Notes under the pieces: generated by a model | Database searches by the model: none | Seen by the model: only the letters and a program-made list of their open reading frames with translations | What the model was told of the DNA's origin: nothing | NCBI GenBank assembly: GCA_024650005.2 | Contig: CP122380.1 | Location: forward strand, 864,001-928,000 | Direction: 5' to 3' | Origin: Candidatus Bathyarchaeum tardum | Lineage (GTDB): Archaea; Thermoproteota; Bathyarchaeia; Bathyarchaeales; Bathyarchaeaceae | DNA length: 64,000 bases | Part shown: in pieces, positions 10,517-20,827 of the stretch | How positions within the stretch are numbered: position 1 is the first letter of the stretch | Layout of the letters: each line of letters begins with the position of its first letter | Program-made: the position numbers and the translations under genes

Positions 10517-10614
10517 TTTGTTGCAACCTAATCAGAGCGGTTCGTATGATGCTAACTCAATTGATATCAAAAGAGAACCGACATAAAGCTTTCCATAACC
10601 CAAAGGAAGTAAAA

Positions 10615-12615
10615 ATGATGAAGAAAACTAAAGCAATAATCATGCTTGCCCTGATTTCATTATCTTTAGTAACAGTGTTTTCAATACCAATTCACGCTGT
10701 TACTGTAACAGATGTTAATCCTGCCCAAGGACCCGTGGGAACCGAAGTTAGAGTAATCGGAGAAATAGATACCATGGGAGGAGCATACAGCATCTGGTTT
10801 GACCTAGACGGCAACGGAACAGCAGTTGGAGACACCCTCGTAAAGACGGGCAATGCTCCAGCGGGTTCGTATGCAATTAACACTACCTTTGTTGTTCCTT
10901 CTTGTGCAGGCACTGACGCTGGAGAAGAATACACAATCAGCTTACAGGACAACTCAACAGAAGTAAGCCACGACGGCACATTTACTGTGCAAACCTCACG
11001 AACTTTAACAGTTCCAGATTACGTCCAAGAAGGCGACTTGGTCACAATCAAAATTGCAGTAACCGGGGGAACATCCTACACTGTAAACAACTTTACAGTT
11101 GCAGTTACCGACCCAGCAGCAACAACCACCATGAACTATAACGTTTCTTTTACAACCGACAATTACGGGGCTGGATACAACATAACAGAATTTCCAATAG
11201 ACTACTCCATTGGATCTACTTCCAACTACACAGGAACTTACACAGTAGTTGCTAATCGGACACTTCCAGGAGAAATCACAAACGCTTCAACTGCAACTTT
11301 TGTGGTAGGTTTGACAGACGCCCAATACTATAACAGGTTTGAAAATGTTAACCTGAAAACTTCAGGTTGGGCAGTTAACCAAAACATTACAGTTACAATA
11401 AAGAATCCCTCAATGGAAAACGTTAAAGTTTGGGAAAACGTGAACGCAACCGACGGAACATGGACAGGAGACTGGACAATTCCAGTTGATGCCCCACAGG
11501 GAACCTACACCGTGGAAGCAGTAAACGACACAGGATTAGACAAAACTGTAGCGTCCCTTCAAACATTCACTGTTCAGTCCGCTAGCTTGAAAGTTATGGT
11601 TACTGAACAACCAGCAACCAGTTACATGCGAACCCAAACCGTAACTGCAAAAATCAACATCACTTATCCAGACAACAGCTTCTATACCGCAATAGACCTT
11701 GGCGAAATACAAGTCGGGGTTTATCAAGACGTAAACAACGTAGCCAACGTGACCTTAACTGCAGAAGATTTCAACGCAACAACCAACGAATGGATAATCA
11801 GCTGGATTAGCTCTTGGAACGCAACCCTAGCAGACGATTACCAATTTGTGGTAAAAGCCAACGAAATCGTTGACGCAAACAACCCAAACAAAGGACCATT
11901 AACAGACGTTTCCACAGGCAGTTTTGAATTGCAGGCAGCTTCTTTGAACATCGACTCAATTAACACCACAATGACCTCTTATGTTCAAGGAGAAGTTGTT
12001 ACAGCTTACTTTACGGCCATGTATCAAGACGGAACTCCAGTCATCACGGGTAGTGCACCAATCAACATGACTATGGCCAACGGAACAAGCACAATACTAA
12101 CAGCAACTTATATTCCAGCAAACAGCAGATTCGAAGCCCAATACAGCCTAAACACAGAATCCCCCTTGGGAACATGGACTGCACTACTAGAAGCCCAAAA
12201 CCTAGAAGACAACGAAGGAAACACAGGTCCAACAGAAGACAAAACAACAACCTTCACCGTTACAAAAGAAACAGCCCCTGAAGAAGAAGTAGCAGTAAAC
12301 GTAAAAATCACACCCCAATCCCTTAACATGAAAAGCAAAGGCAAATGGGTCATGGTTCACATCAAAGTCACAGGGGCTAGCCCATCGGATGTAGACCTTT
12401 CTACAATTCTACTTGACGGGGTAATTGAAGCCCAAGAAAGCAAAGTCTGCGGTGAAGGCCAAGTATTACTAAAATTCAACAGAGCAGAAATACAAAATCA
12501 CATAAAAAACAACTACGAAAATTCAAACAAATTCAGTAACGTAGAACTCACAATCTCAGGAGAAGTAGATGGACAAACCTTCGAAGACACCAACAGCATC
12601 AAAGTGAAAAAATAA
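10615..12615 (+). CDS. Large secreted Ig-like repeat (S-layer-like) glycoprotein
   Basis: Likely start MMKKTKAIIMLALISLSLV (signal peptide) rather than 10510; Thr/Val/Asn-rich, many NxT sequons; C-terminal 'ITPQSLNMKSKGKWV' domain. Confidence 0.8.
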   Translation: MMKKTKAIIMLALISLSLVTVFSIPIHAVTVTDVNPAQGPVGTEVRVIGEIDTMGGAYSIWFDLDGNGTAVGDTLVKTGNAPAGSYAINTTFVVPSCAGTDAGEEYTISLQDNSTEVSHDGTFTVQTSRTLTVPDYVQEGDLVTIKIAVTGGTSYTVNNFTVAVTDPAATTTMNYNVSFTTDNYGAGYNITEFPIDYSIGSTSNYTGTYTVVANRTLPGEITNASTATFVVGLTDAQYYNRFENVNLKTSGWAVNQNITVTIKNPSMENVKVWENVNATDGTWTGDWTIPVDAPQGTYTVEAVNDTGLDKTVASLQTFTVQSASLKVMVTEQPATSYMRTQTVTAKINITYPDNSFYTAIDLGEIQVGVYQDVNNVANVTLTAEDFNATTNEWIISWISSWNATLADDYQFVVKANEIVDANNPNKGPLTDVSTGSFELQAASLNIDSINTTMTSYVQGEVVTAYFTAMYQDGTPVITGSAPINMTMANGTSTILTATYIPANSRFEAQYSLNTESPLGTWTALLEAQNLEDNEGNTGPTEDKTTTFTVTKETAPEEEVAVNVKITPQSLNMKSKGKWVMVHIKVTGASPSDVDLSTILLDGVIEAQESKVCGEGQVLLKFNRAEIQNHIKNNYENSNKFSNVELTISGEVDGQTFEDTNSIKVKK

Positions 12616-12629
12616 ACTACAAAAACCAT

Positions 12630-12670
12630 GGGCAGAACAAACTGTTCTTGCCCCAAAATTTCTTTTTTTA
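12630..12670 (+). terminator. Hairpin plus T-tract between convergent genes
   Basis: GGGCAGAACA-AAC-TGTTCTTGCCC followed by TTTTCTTTTTTT. Confidence 0.55.
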
Positions 12671-12674
12671 AAAG

Positions 12675-13274
12675 TTATAATCCGAGTTTTTCGTAAATTC
12701 TTTGTTTTTTACATTCAGCATTGTTTTGCACAGCATCAAAGAGATTATTTCCGTGAGAATCAATGGCTACAATTAGGGGTCCAAAGTCTTTCACTTCTAG
12801 TGTCCACAGGGCTTCGGGCATGCCAAGGTCAAGCCATTCGACGTTTTTGACTTGTTTTATGGCTTTGGCTGCCAGAATTGCGGCACCTCCAGTGAATGCT
12901 CCGTAAACTGCGCCATATTTTTTCATAGCATCAACGGTTTTTTTGCCCATGCCTCCTTTGCCGATTACTACACGCACTTTGAAGTTCTTTAGAAAATCTG
13001 CTGTAAAGGGTTCCATGCGGGAACTTGTGGTTGGACCAGCAGCAACAACGGTCCATTCGTCGTTGACTTTTTTGACTATGGGTCCACAATGAAAAATTGC
13101 CAAGCCATCCAAGTTTATAGGCAGTTGTTTTTGGTTATTATAATAGTCGAGTGTTCGTTTGTGGGCTGAATCCCTTGCAGTGACTACGGTTCCAGTAAGG
13201 TAGATTACGTCGTTTACTTTGAGGTTTCGGACTTGTTCTTCGGAGATTGGAGTTTTAAATTTGTAAACTGCCAT
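12675..13274 (-). CDS. Fe-S hydro-lyase (class I fumarate hydratase/tartrate dehydratase) beta subunit
   Basis: TARDSAH, GPTTSSRM, IGKGGMG, WLDLGMPEA, DSHGNNL. Confidence 0.93.
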   Translation of the reverse strand: MAVYKFKTPISEEQVRNLKVNDVIYLTGTVVTARDSAHKRTLDYYNNQKQLPINLDGLAIFHCGPIVKKVNDEWTVVAAGPTTSSRMEPFTADFLKNFKVRVVIGKGGMGKKTVDAMKKYGAVYGAFTGGAAILAAKAIKQVKNVEWLDLGMPEALWTLEVKDFGPLIVAIDSHGNNLFDAVQNNAECKKQRIYEKLGL

Positions 13275-13277
13275 GAA

Positions 13278-14153
13278 TTATGTCACCTTGTGGGTTAGAT
13301 ACTCAACTTTTCCGTCAGAATCTATTCGGGCGGTGGCTCTTCGGGCTGCCCAGCATTGCACAACTACTGCTACAGGATACGATGCAGGATGCCGATAGGC
13401 GTAATCAAGTTTAACACCCAAAACGGTTGTTTTTCCGCCTAATCCCATGGGTCCAATACCTGTAGAGTTCACAGCTTCTAGGAGTTCTTGTTCTAGTTTA
13501 GCCAATTCAGGGTCAGGGTTTGCCTGATTTATTGGGGTTAACAGGGCTTTTTTGGCAAGTTTCATGGCAATATCAGCTCCCCCCCCAACGGCTACCCCTA
13601 AAACGGTAGGAGGACAAGGTTTGGCTCCCGCCTTGATTACGGTGTCTACGACAAATTTTTTGAGACCTTTAACCCCTTCACTGGGACTGAGCATTCCCAA
13701 AGCTGAAACGTTTTCTGAACCTCCGCCTTTGGGCAAAACTGTAATTTCTAGGCTGTTTCCCGGAACAATTTCCCAGTTAATGAATGGAACATATCTACCA
13801 GTGTTGTCTCCAGTGTTTTTTTGGGTGAAAGGATTAACAGCATTTGGCCGCAAAGGAATTTCTTTAGTTGCCCGCAAGGTAGCATTAAGCAGGGCAGACT
13901 CAATTATGTCCAATCCACATATCTCGTTTCCTGCTTTGACGTAAAAAATTATTATTCCCGTATCTTGGCACATGGGAGCGCACGTTTTTTCTGCTAACTC
14001 AATGTTGTCCAGTATTGCTTTAAGCTGAGATTTCGCAACAGAAGTTTCTTGCGAATATGCCCGTTCCAAAGATTCTTTGACATCTGAAGGTAGTTTGGTG
14101 ACCGCCAGTTGCAAAAGTTTAACGGCTACGTTTTCCACAACTTGTTCTGGCAC
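13278..14153 (-). CDS. Fe-S hydro-lyase (class I fumarate hydratase) alpha subunit
   Basis: PMCQDTG, KGGGSEN, KPCPP, GIGPMGLGG, QCWAARR. Confidence 0.93.
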   Translation of the reverse strand: MPEQVVENVAVKLLQLAVTKLPSDVKESLERAYSQETSVAKSQLKAILDNIELAEKTCAPMCQDTGIIIFYVKAGNEICGLDIIESALLNATLRATKEIPLRPNAVNPFTQKNTGDNTGRYVPFINWEIVPGNSLEITVLPKGGGSENVSALGMLSPSEGVKGLKKFVVDTVIKAGAKPCPPTVLGVAVGGGADIAMKLAKKALLTPINQANPDPELAKLEQELLEAVNSTGIGPMGLGGKTTVLGVKLDYAYRHPASYPVAVVVQCWAARRATARIDSDGKVEYLTHKVT

Positions 14154-14314
14154 TAAAATTGTCTACATCCTCTGAACAGAAAAGTTAGAAGAACACTCCT
14201 TATACTTTTTGCTACAAAAGAAATTGTTGTTAATCAAACATTTTATCAGTTATATAGTCTAAACTTAAATATACACTTAGCCAATGCATGTAAATCTGGA
14301 ACTGACACCCCAAA

Positions 14315-15301
14315 ATGACCGAAGAAACGCCCAAAAAAAATAAAAAATTCGAAACTTTAGAAGACCTTGGCCTAGGAACAACCATGGCAAAAAAACTTCG
14401 GGAAATGGGGTTGAACACGGTAGAATCTCTTGGAATGGCTACTGTCAAAGAACTTGAGCAAATAGGAATCAACAAAAAAACCGCCAACGAATTAATCCGT
14501 AAAGCCCGTTTAAGCATGCCTTTTCAGTTCATCAGGGGTGATGAACTAGTAAAAATGCGCAAAAACATTTTACAGTTAACAACTGGAAGCAAAATGCTTG
14601 ACAAACTCTTGGGGGGCGGCATTGAATCCCAGTCAATTACAGAATTTTACGGAGAATACGGAAGCGGAAAAAGCCAGATTTGCCACCAGTTGTGCGTGAA
14701 TGTTCAATTGCCCCCTGAACAAGGGGGTTTAGGTGGTGCCTCTCTGTATATCGATACCGAAAATACATTCAGGACTGAACGAATTTTTCAGATGGCAAAA
14801 AATTTTGGGTTAGACCCCGAAGAAACTATCCGGAACATAATTTATGCAGAAGCTTTTACGTCAGATCATCAGATGTTCTTGTTAGAAAACGCAGATAAAA
14901 TAATCAAAGAAAACGGAATCCGACTGATTGTTGTGGATTCGTTGACTTCCCATTTTAGAAGTGAATATATGGGCAGAGAAATGCTTCAAGAACGCCAACA
15001 AAAACTAAACAAACACATGCACATGCTGATTCGCTTATCCCGAGCATTTAATGCTGTGGCTGTAGTAACAAATCAGGTTATGTCTAAACCTGACGTATTC
15101 TTCGGAGAAGCAGTGCATCCCGTGGGCGGACACATAGTTGCCCATACTAGTCACACACGGGTTTTTCTACGAAAATCTGCCCGTGGACCAGTAAGAATCG
15201 CACGTCTAGTTTCAAGCCCCCACCTACCCGAGGGCGAAGGAGTTTTCAAAGTTACCGAAAGAGGAATAGAGGACGTTAACACAAATGATGGAGAGAATTA
15301 A
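14315..15301 (+). CDS. radA: RadA recombinase (possibly a divergent second RadA)
   Basis: N-terminal HhH domain; GEYGSGKS; YIDTENTFR; [10 protein letters not shown]; NQV; GGHIVAH. Confidence 0.9.
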   Translation: MTEETPKKNKKFETLEDLGLGTTMAKKLREMGLNTVESLGMATVKELEQIGINKKTANELIRKARLSMPFQFIRGDELVKMRKNILQLTTGSKMLDKLLGGGIESQSITEFYGEYGSGKSQICHQLCVNVQLPPEQGGLGGASLYIDTENTFRTERIFQMAKNFGLDPEETIRNIIYAEAFTSDHQMFLLENADKIIKENGIRLIVVDSLTSHFRSEYMGREMLQERQQKLNKHMHMLIRLSRAFNAVAVVTNQVMSKPDVFFGEAVHPVGGHIVAHTSHTRVFLRKSARGPVRIARLVSSPHLPEGEGVFKVTERGIEDVNTNDGEN

Positions 15302-15306
15302 CTAAA

Positions 15307-15708
15307 ATGCCGATTTCGAAAGTTTTCGTAGTAAGGTTTGTGCAGCTGTTAAAAGGGCGACGTTTTGCAGAAGCTGAACGAGTTCTTGAGAGAATAAAAG
15401 AAAGCACAAACACAACAGAATGGAACAGCGGATACATCCATGCTTTAGATGGAATACTTCTTACCCAGAAATCAAGCGATTCATATGCTTTTTTGGCTAA
15501 TATCGACTTAGATGATGAAAAAACCCTAAGAAAAAGCCGAAAAGAGTTCTTAAAAGAATACAAAAACAAGGTTCACCAAGATTTCGACCGGGGATTTTAT
15601 GCAGCATGGGCAGATTTCACCCTTATCGCAGTAAGGGAAATCACAAACAAAGAAGCAAAAGAACCCACACCAGAAATTGAAGAAAAAAGCGCTGAGATAG
15701 AACAATAA
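15307..15708 (+). CDS. Hypothetical helical protein co-transcribed with radA
   Basis: 5-nt gap after radA; repeated 'WNSGYIHALDG' / 'FDRGFYAAWAD' motifs. Confidence 0.75.
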   Translation: MPISKVFVVRFVQLLKGRRFAEAERVLERIKESTNTTEWNSGYIHALDGILLTQKSSDSYAFLANIDLDDEKTLRKSRKEFLKEYKNKVHQDFDRGFYAAWADFTLIAVREITNKEAKEPTPEIEEKSAEIEQ

Positions 15709-15727
15709 ACGAGTTAAAAAAATTAGG

Positions 15728-15750
15728 TTTCGTCAAATAAAATGACGAAA
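15728..15750. terminator. Inverted repeat between convergent genes
   Basis: TTTCGTCA-AATAAAA-TGACGAAA. Confidence 0.45.
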
Positions 15751-15756
15751 TTTGAA

Positions 15757-15990
15757 TTAATGTTTTTTAGCCTCAATTATTGCCCGGCATTTGTCTGCGA
15801 ATTCACACCAGTCTAAACAAGACTGCACTTTTTCGGGTCTGCTTACTGTTTGTCCGCAGATATCGCATTCTGCTGTTTCTTCGTCGCTCCAGATTTCTAC
15901 TGTTCCAGCGCAGTTTGGGCACTGGATGAATTCAGGTTTAGGGCGAAGAAAATTTTTGATTCCCGGACAAGTTTCGGGGGATTTTTCCAT
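15757..15990 (-). CDS. Small Cys-rich zinc-ribbon protein
   Basis: CPG, CPNC..VEIWSDE..CDIC, SCLDWC...C. Confidence 0.8.
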   Translation of the reverse strand: MEKSPETCPGIKNFLRPKPEFIQCPNCAGTVEIWSDEETAECDICGQTVSRPEKVQSCLDWCEFADKCRAIIEAKKH

Positions 15991-16002
15991 TTTTTAATTC
16001 TC

Positions 16003-16728
16003 CTAATTATTTGATTGTGAAAGGATTTCTCCTTTAATGCTGATTGTTTTTTGGCTTAACGGGACATGTTTTCCAGAAAGTTCCATGGCTTCTTCAACCA
16101 GCCGTTTTAATCCGAAACAGCAGGGAACTTCCATGTTCACCACGGTAACGCTTTGTATGTTTGCGGTGCGGAAAATTTCAGCTAACTTGTTACGGTAAAG
16201 GCTTACATCGTCTAGTTTAGGGCATCCTACGGTAAGAACCTTGTTTTGTAACATGTCTTGATGAAAATTTGCGTACGCAAAGGGAACACAGTCTGCAGCT
16301 ATTAGCAAATCTGCATTTTTAAGGAAAGGCGCATATGGGGGCAACAGTTTGAGTTGCACTGGCCACGTAGTTAAGCTTGATTTTTGCTTTGCTGTAACTG
16401 CTTTAGTTGGCTGTTGGGTATCAAATTGCATCGGTTGTGCAGACGGGCAACCAATAGGTTGATCAGGTGTAGTTGAAGTTTTTTTGGTTGCTTGAACATG
16501 TTCTTGAGCTGCTTCTTCGTCAAATTGGTCAGCCTCTCGTTGAATTATGGTTATAGCGTCTTGGGGGCATTTTCCCAAACATGCTCCTAGTCCGTCGCAG
16601 TACATATCTTTGACGAGCCGGGCTTTTCCGTCAATTATTTGGATCGCTCCTTCAGCACATGCTGGTATGCATAGCCCACAGCCGTTGCATTTTTTTTCGT
16701 CTATTTGAACGATGTTTCTTAGAACCAT
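16003..16728 (-). CDS. 4Fe-4S dicluster (ferredoxin-like) protein with Cys-rich C-terminal domain
   Basis: CNGCGLCIPAC, CDGLGACLGKCP, WPVQL, AADC, GCPKLD, MEVPCC; likely start MVLRNIV. Confidence 0.9.
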   Translation of the reverse strand: MVLRNIVQIDEKKCNGCGLCIPACAEGAIQIIDGKARLVKDMYCDGLGACLGKCPQDAITIIQREADQFDEEAAQEHVQATKKTSTTPDQPIGCPSAQPMQFDTQQPTKAVTAKQKSSLTTWPVQLKLLPPYAPFLKNADLLIAADCVPFAYANFHQDMLQNKVLTVGCPKLDDVSLYRNKLAEIFRTANIQSVTVVNMEVPCCFGLKRLVEEAMELSGKHVPLSQKTISIKGEILSQSNN

Positions 16729-16748
16729 CTTTGTTTTTCTCCCTGTTT

Positions 16749-16991
16749 TTAGCTCCTCACGAAATACCATGGTTTGTTTAGTTGTTCGTAAGCAATGAAT
16801 GTTACTTCAGGCTTTTTTGGTTGATTGCTGGTAATGTAAACTGAATCTCCAATTGCAAGATGTTCTTTAATTTTTTTAAAATCTATCTCGTTTACTTCGA
16901 CAGCTTTTATCTCTTGATTGTCGTTATTTTTTAGGAAGAACACTTGAAAAGCAGGTTGTTTTTTATCATTTTTTATGACGGTTTTCATCAT
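16749..16991 (-). CDS. Hypothetical protein
   Basis: 80-aa ORF with upstream GGAGG; first gene of the minus-strand operon. Confidence 0.65.
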   Translation of the reverse strand: MMKTVIKNDKKQPAFQVFFLKNNDNQEIKAVEVNEIDFKKIKEHLAIGDSVYITSNQPKKPEVTFIAYEQLNKPWYFVRS

Positions 16992-17040
16992 TTGTGTTCC
17001 TCCTTTATTTGTTAACTCATCACTTTAATTGAAACAAACT

Positions 17041-17064
17041 TCATATGAATATATATTCATATGA
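17041..17064. promoter_or_regulatory. Perfect 24-bp palindrome, ArsR/SmtB-type operator-like
   Basis: TCATATGAATATATATTCATATGA, next to TATA-like TTTATAAG in a divergent intergenic region. Confidence 0.7.
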
Positions 17065-17155
17065 TATTTATAAGCGTTTTGTCAACCTAAACCAGTTCCA
17101 CAAAATATATAACGGTGTTATAAACATATTAATTTACCGCAAAGGTTGATGTTTT

Positions 17156-17575
17156 ATGACCGAAAAAAAGAAAATGGCATTAGTCATACACAGCGGCACC
17201 GTAGACAAACTATTTTGTGCCTTCACATTAGCTTCCACAGCAGCAATCATGGACATGGAAGTGCACCTTTACTTCACGTTTTGGGGACTGAACATGCTCA
17301 AACAAGGAGCCATGGACAAAGCTGGACTTTCTGCAACATACAAAGAATACGAACCAATGATGCAAACCAAACTCAAAGAAATGAACTACCCCACCCCCTA
17401 CGAAATGCTCAAACGTATGAAAGCAACCGGAAACGTCAAAATCTACGCCTGTAGCCCAACCATGGAAATGTTCGGAGTGACAAAAGAAACCCTCATCCCA
17501 GAAGTCGACAAAATCGCAGGGGCAACAGCTTTCCTAGACATAGCAGCAGACGCAGACATCTCAATGGTAATATAA
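17156..17575 (+). CDS. DsrE/DsrF-like (DrsE_2) sulfur relay protein
   Basis: 'LYFTFWGL', 'YACSPTMEMFG', 'AGATAFL'. Confidence 0.9.
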   Translation: MTEKKKMALVIHSGTVDKLFCAFTLASTAAIMDMEVHLYFTFWGLNMLKQGAMDKAGLSATYKEYEPMMQTKLKEMNYPTPYEMLKRMKATGNVKIYACSPTMEMFGVTKETLIPEVDKIAGATAFLDIAADADISMVI

Positions 17576-17829
17576 AATTTAAATGAAAACAACAACCCCT
17601 ATTCTTTTTTTAGATGTTCAAAATAAACACCATAAACGCAACCTGCATTTTATGGTCTATTATGGATTTTTACTGCCTTTTGCAGTCGATCTGGACGTAA
17701 TCTAACCCCATTTTCTTGCTTTATTGTGAAAAACACTTATATTTTTTCAAAAATTTTTTTGTACCGCACAGGAAAATAAAATTTCTGTAAACTATTTAGC
17801 CACCCAACGACCATTAGATAATATCAATT

Positions 17830-19584
17830 TTGCATGTTAACGAGGTTTTAGTAGTGACAAAAACCCCTGTATTGTGGTTACCCTGGAATCCTGAATCACT
17901 GCAGACGGCAAAACAGGCAGATAAACCAATTTTGTTAGACATCAGTGCAGTGTGGTGCCATTGGTGCCATGTTATGGACGAAAAAACGTATTCTGACCGC
18001 ACAGTTGCTAAATTAATTAACGACAAGTTTGTTCCCATCCGAGTGGACCGTGACCAGCGCCCTGATATCGATAAACGATACAACATGGGAGGATGGCCTA
18101 GCACAGTTTTTTTGACCCCAGAAGGGGAAATCCTGACTGGTGGCACTTATATTCCGGCGTTGCAGATGGCAACGATGCTGGATTATGTTAGCGAATTGTA
18201 CCAAAACAACAAGGATGATTTATTAAAGAAAATACAAGAACAAAAAAACGAGCAAACAACTCAGTATCCTGTAACTCCAGATGCAGGCAACGAAGAGTTA
18301 CCTTTGGTTATTGATGATTTACTTTTAGATATTGCTTCAAGGTTTGATTCCGTCCATGGAGGGTTTGGAGAAGCTCCAAAGTTTCCCCACAGCGAAGCCC
18401 TGAGGTTAGCTTTGTTAGAACATTTTCTTCGGGGTCATGAAGCTTTGTTAACAATCGTTAAAAAAACCCTTAGTGCAATGGCTGATGGGGGCATCTACGA
18501 CAAAGAGGAAAATGGATTTTTCCGTTATTCCACAACTCGGGATTGGCGTATGCCCCATTACGAAAAAATGTGTGAAGACAACGCTAAACTTTTGGTCAAC
18601 TACTTAGAAGCGTTTCAAGTTACAGGCGAACAAAAATTCAAAGAAACTGCCCACGGAATTTTAACATATGTCACCAGCAAATTAAGTGACCAACAAAACG
18701 GGGGATTCTACGGCAGCCAAGACGCTGACGAAATATATTATAAATTGAATTTGTTTGAACGCCAAACCAAGACCCCACCGACAATTGACAAAACCTTGTT
18801 TGTAAATTGGAATGCCATGATGGCTTCTTCGTATTTGCTCGCTTCGGTGGTTCTTGAAGAGCCAACATATGAAAAGTATGCTTTAAAGACTGTAAATATG
18901 TTGTTAGAAACGGCTTTCAGTCCGAAAGAAGGAATGAGCCACTTCATTATTGATAAAAAAGCCAATCTTTCAGGTCTTTTAACCGATCAAGTGTTTATGC
19001 TAAAATGTTTGATTGACTGCTATCAATTTACTGCTGATCGAAAGTTTTTGGCTTATGCACAAAAGCTTGCCCAGTTCATGATGGAAAAACTTTGGGATTC
19101 ATCGGGTGGTTTCTACGATAAACCCAAAGATCCAAATGCTTTTGGGGCATTGAAAAGGTCGGATAAACCTTTGGAAGAAAACAGTGTAGCATCAGAAGCA
19201 TTTTTAAGGCTTTATCAGTTAACAGGCAACACAAAATTTTTGGAAGTAGCCAAAAAAAGTTTGGAACAATTTGTTTCAGTTGCTAAAAAGTATGGGTTCA
19301 TGGCCTCCGGATATGGCTTAGCGGTTGAGTTGTATCTTCGTCCCGTTCAAGTGCACATAATCGGTGACATTAAAGATTCTCAAACCCAGAAATTAAGAAA
19401 ACAAAGTCTGAAAACCTATAACCCCCTAAAAACTATTGAAACAATACACCCCATTTTAGATGGCGACCGGTTGAAAGTTTTGAGTTATCACATACCCAAA
19501 AAGGCAACAGCCTACGTGTGTTCAGAAGGAAAATGCACTTCAACAACAAATCCCAATGAAATTACTGATAAGATAAGGGCGTAA
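17830..19584 (+). CDS. Thioredoxin-domain protein, YyaL/DUF255 (SSP411) family
   Basis: WCHWCHVM, VDRDQRPDID, GGWPSTVFLTP, GGFGEAPKFP, PHYEKM. Confidence 0.92.
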   Translation: MHVNEVLVVTKTPVLWLPWNPESLQTAKQADKPILLDISAVWCHWCHVMDEKTYSDRTVAKLINDKFVPIRVDRDQRPDIDKRYNMGGWPSTVFLTPEGEILTGGTYIPALQMATMLDYVSELYQNNKDDLLKKIQEQKNEQTTQYPVTPDAGNEELPLVIDDLLLDIASRFDSVHGGFGEAPKFPHSEALRLALLEHFLRGHEALLTIVKKTLSAMADGGIYDKEENGFFRYSTTRDWRMPHYEKMCEDNAKLLVNYLEAFQVTGEQKFKETAHGILTYVTSKLSDQQNGGFYGSQDADEIYYKLNLFERQTKTPPTIDKTLFVNWNAMMASSYLLASVVLEEPTYEKYALKTVNMLLETAFSPKEGMSHFIIDKKANLSGLLTDQVFMLKCLIDCYQFTADRKFLAYAQKLAQFMMEKLWDSSGGFYDKPKDPNAFGALKRSDKPLEENSVASEAFLRLYQLTGNTKFLEVAKKSLEQFVSVAKKYGFMASGYGLAVELYLRPVQVHIIGDIKDSQTQKLRKQSLKTYNPLKTIETIHPILDGDRLKVLSYHIPKKATAYVCSEGKCTSTTNPNEITDKIRA

Positions 19585-19589
19585 TCGCT

Positions 19590-20255
19590 GTGGTCGAACA
19601 AACATTTAATGAAACAGAGCAGGACAAAAAAGAAAGAACTGAAAAAATTATCGAAATACTAGAAAAAGAATACCCCGAAGCAAAGACGTCTTTGTATTAC
19701 CAGAATCCTCTTGAAATTTTGGTTGCTACGATTCTTTCTGCCCAATGTACAGACAAACGGGTGAATATTGTTACAAAATCGCTGTTCAAGAAGTATCGAA
19801 CAGCACAAGATTACGCGAATGCTGATTTATCTGAACTTGAACAAGACATCAAATCCACGGGTTTTTACCGAAATAAAGCAAAAAATATTAAAAAAACGGG
19901 TTGGATGCTCGTAGAAAAATATGATTCTAAAGTTCCCCAGACAATGGAAGAGTTAATTAAACTTCCAGGGGTCGCTCGAAAAACTGCTAACATAGTTTTG
20001 TCAAACGCTTACGGAGTTATTGTAGGAATCGCTGTAGATACTCACGTTCGCAGAATTGCTAAACGGCTTGGGTTAACTTTAAACACCAATCCCGACAAAA
20101 TTGAAGCAGACCTAATGCAGATTGTTCCCAAAGAATACTGGAAACGGGTAACTAACCTGATAATATTTCATGGAAGAAAAGTCTGCACTGCAAGAAACCC
20201 CAAATGCAACCTGTGCAGCTTGAACAAGCTTTGTCCTTCAGCGTTTAATATCTAG
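19590..20255 (+). CDS. nth: Endonuclease III
   Basis: LSAQCTD; HhH LPGVARKTAN; VDTHV; C-x6-C-x2-C-x5-C Fe-S motif. Confidence 0.96.
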   Translation: MVEQTFNETEQDKKERTEKIIEILEKEYPEAKTSLYYQNPLEILVATILSAQCTDKRVNIVTKSLFKKYRTAQDYANADLSELEQDIKSTGFYRNKAKNIKKTGWMLVEKYDSKVPQTMEELIKLPGVARKTANIVLSNAYGVIVGIAVDTHVRRIAKRLGLTLNTNPDKIEADLMQIVPKEYWKRVTNLIIFHGRKVCTARNPKCNLCSLNKLCPSAFNI

Positions 20256-20326
20256 CAACAATCCGACGGAAGTCTCCCGGTCAGTAATAGTTTATCCTTT
20301 TGTGTTGATGTTTAGTAACGTTTGTT

Positions 20327-20827
20327 TTATTTCAGTGTCAAATACAACAGGATTACCAGGGACAAAGTAGTAAACAGTTCTGGAATCATTGCAAATGGAC
20401 CTAAACCGAAAGCGTAGTAACCAAAAATCCATTGAATCAAAGGATTAGACGTAAGGGCATACAACAGCAAAGTCAACGAAAAGACTATCAATCCTAATGT
20501 AAATTCTGATTTTAATTTTAAGTACATATCAACGTATTCTGCCAGTAAGAAAATTAACAGCGTAGCATTTATTGACGAAAAAATTGTTTGGACTTTATAG
20601 TATAATTCGATATCTCCGACATAAGTGTAATTCTTTCCAGTTGTTATGCGGTTAAAAGGAACTGGTCGAGAATCAAAGATAGAAATGGGGCTGCTCCCAA
20701 AACGGGAGGACGCCAAATAGTCCGCAAACAATGCTACCACTAACAATAAGGCGAAGATTATCCAGATTTTAACGAATTTGTTCATTTGTAGCTTCACTTC
20801 TTTTTCTCCCTTTTTTGTTTTTTCCAT
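20327..20827 (-). CDS. Membrane protein, partner of the ArsR-like regulator
   Basis: 4 TM segments; overlaps the upstream wHTH gene. Confidence 0.75.
   Translation of the reverse strand: MEKTKKGEKEVKLQMNKFVKIWIIFALLLVVALFADYLASSRFGSSPISIFDSRPVPFNRITTGKNYTYVGDIELYYKVQTIFSSINATLLIFLLAEYVDMYLKLKSEFTLGLIVFSLTLLLYALTSNPLIQWIFGYYAFGLGPFAMIPELFTTLSLVILLYLTLK

Noticed and set aside
10510-10614. N-terminal extension of the surface protein
   Set aside because: It overlaps the divergent gene start; the signal peptide begins at 10615.
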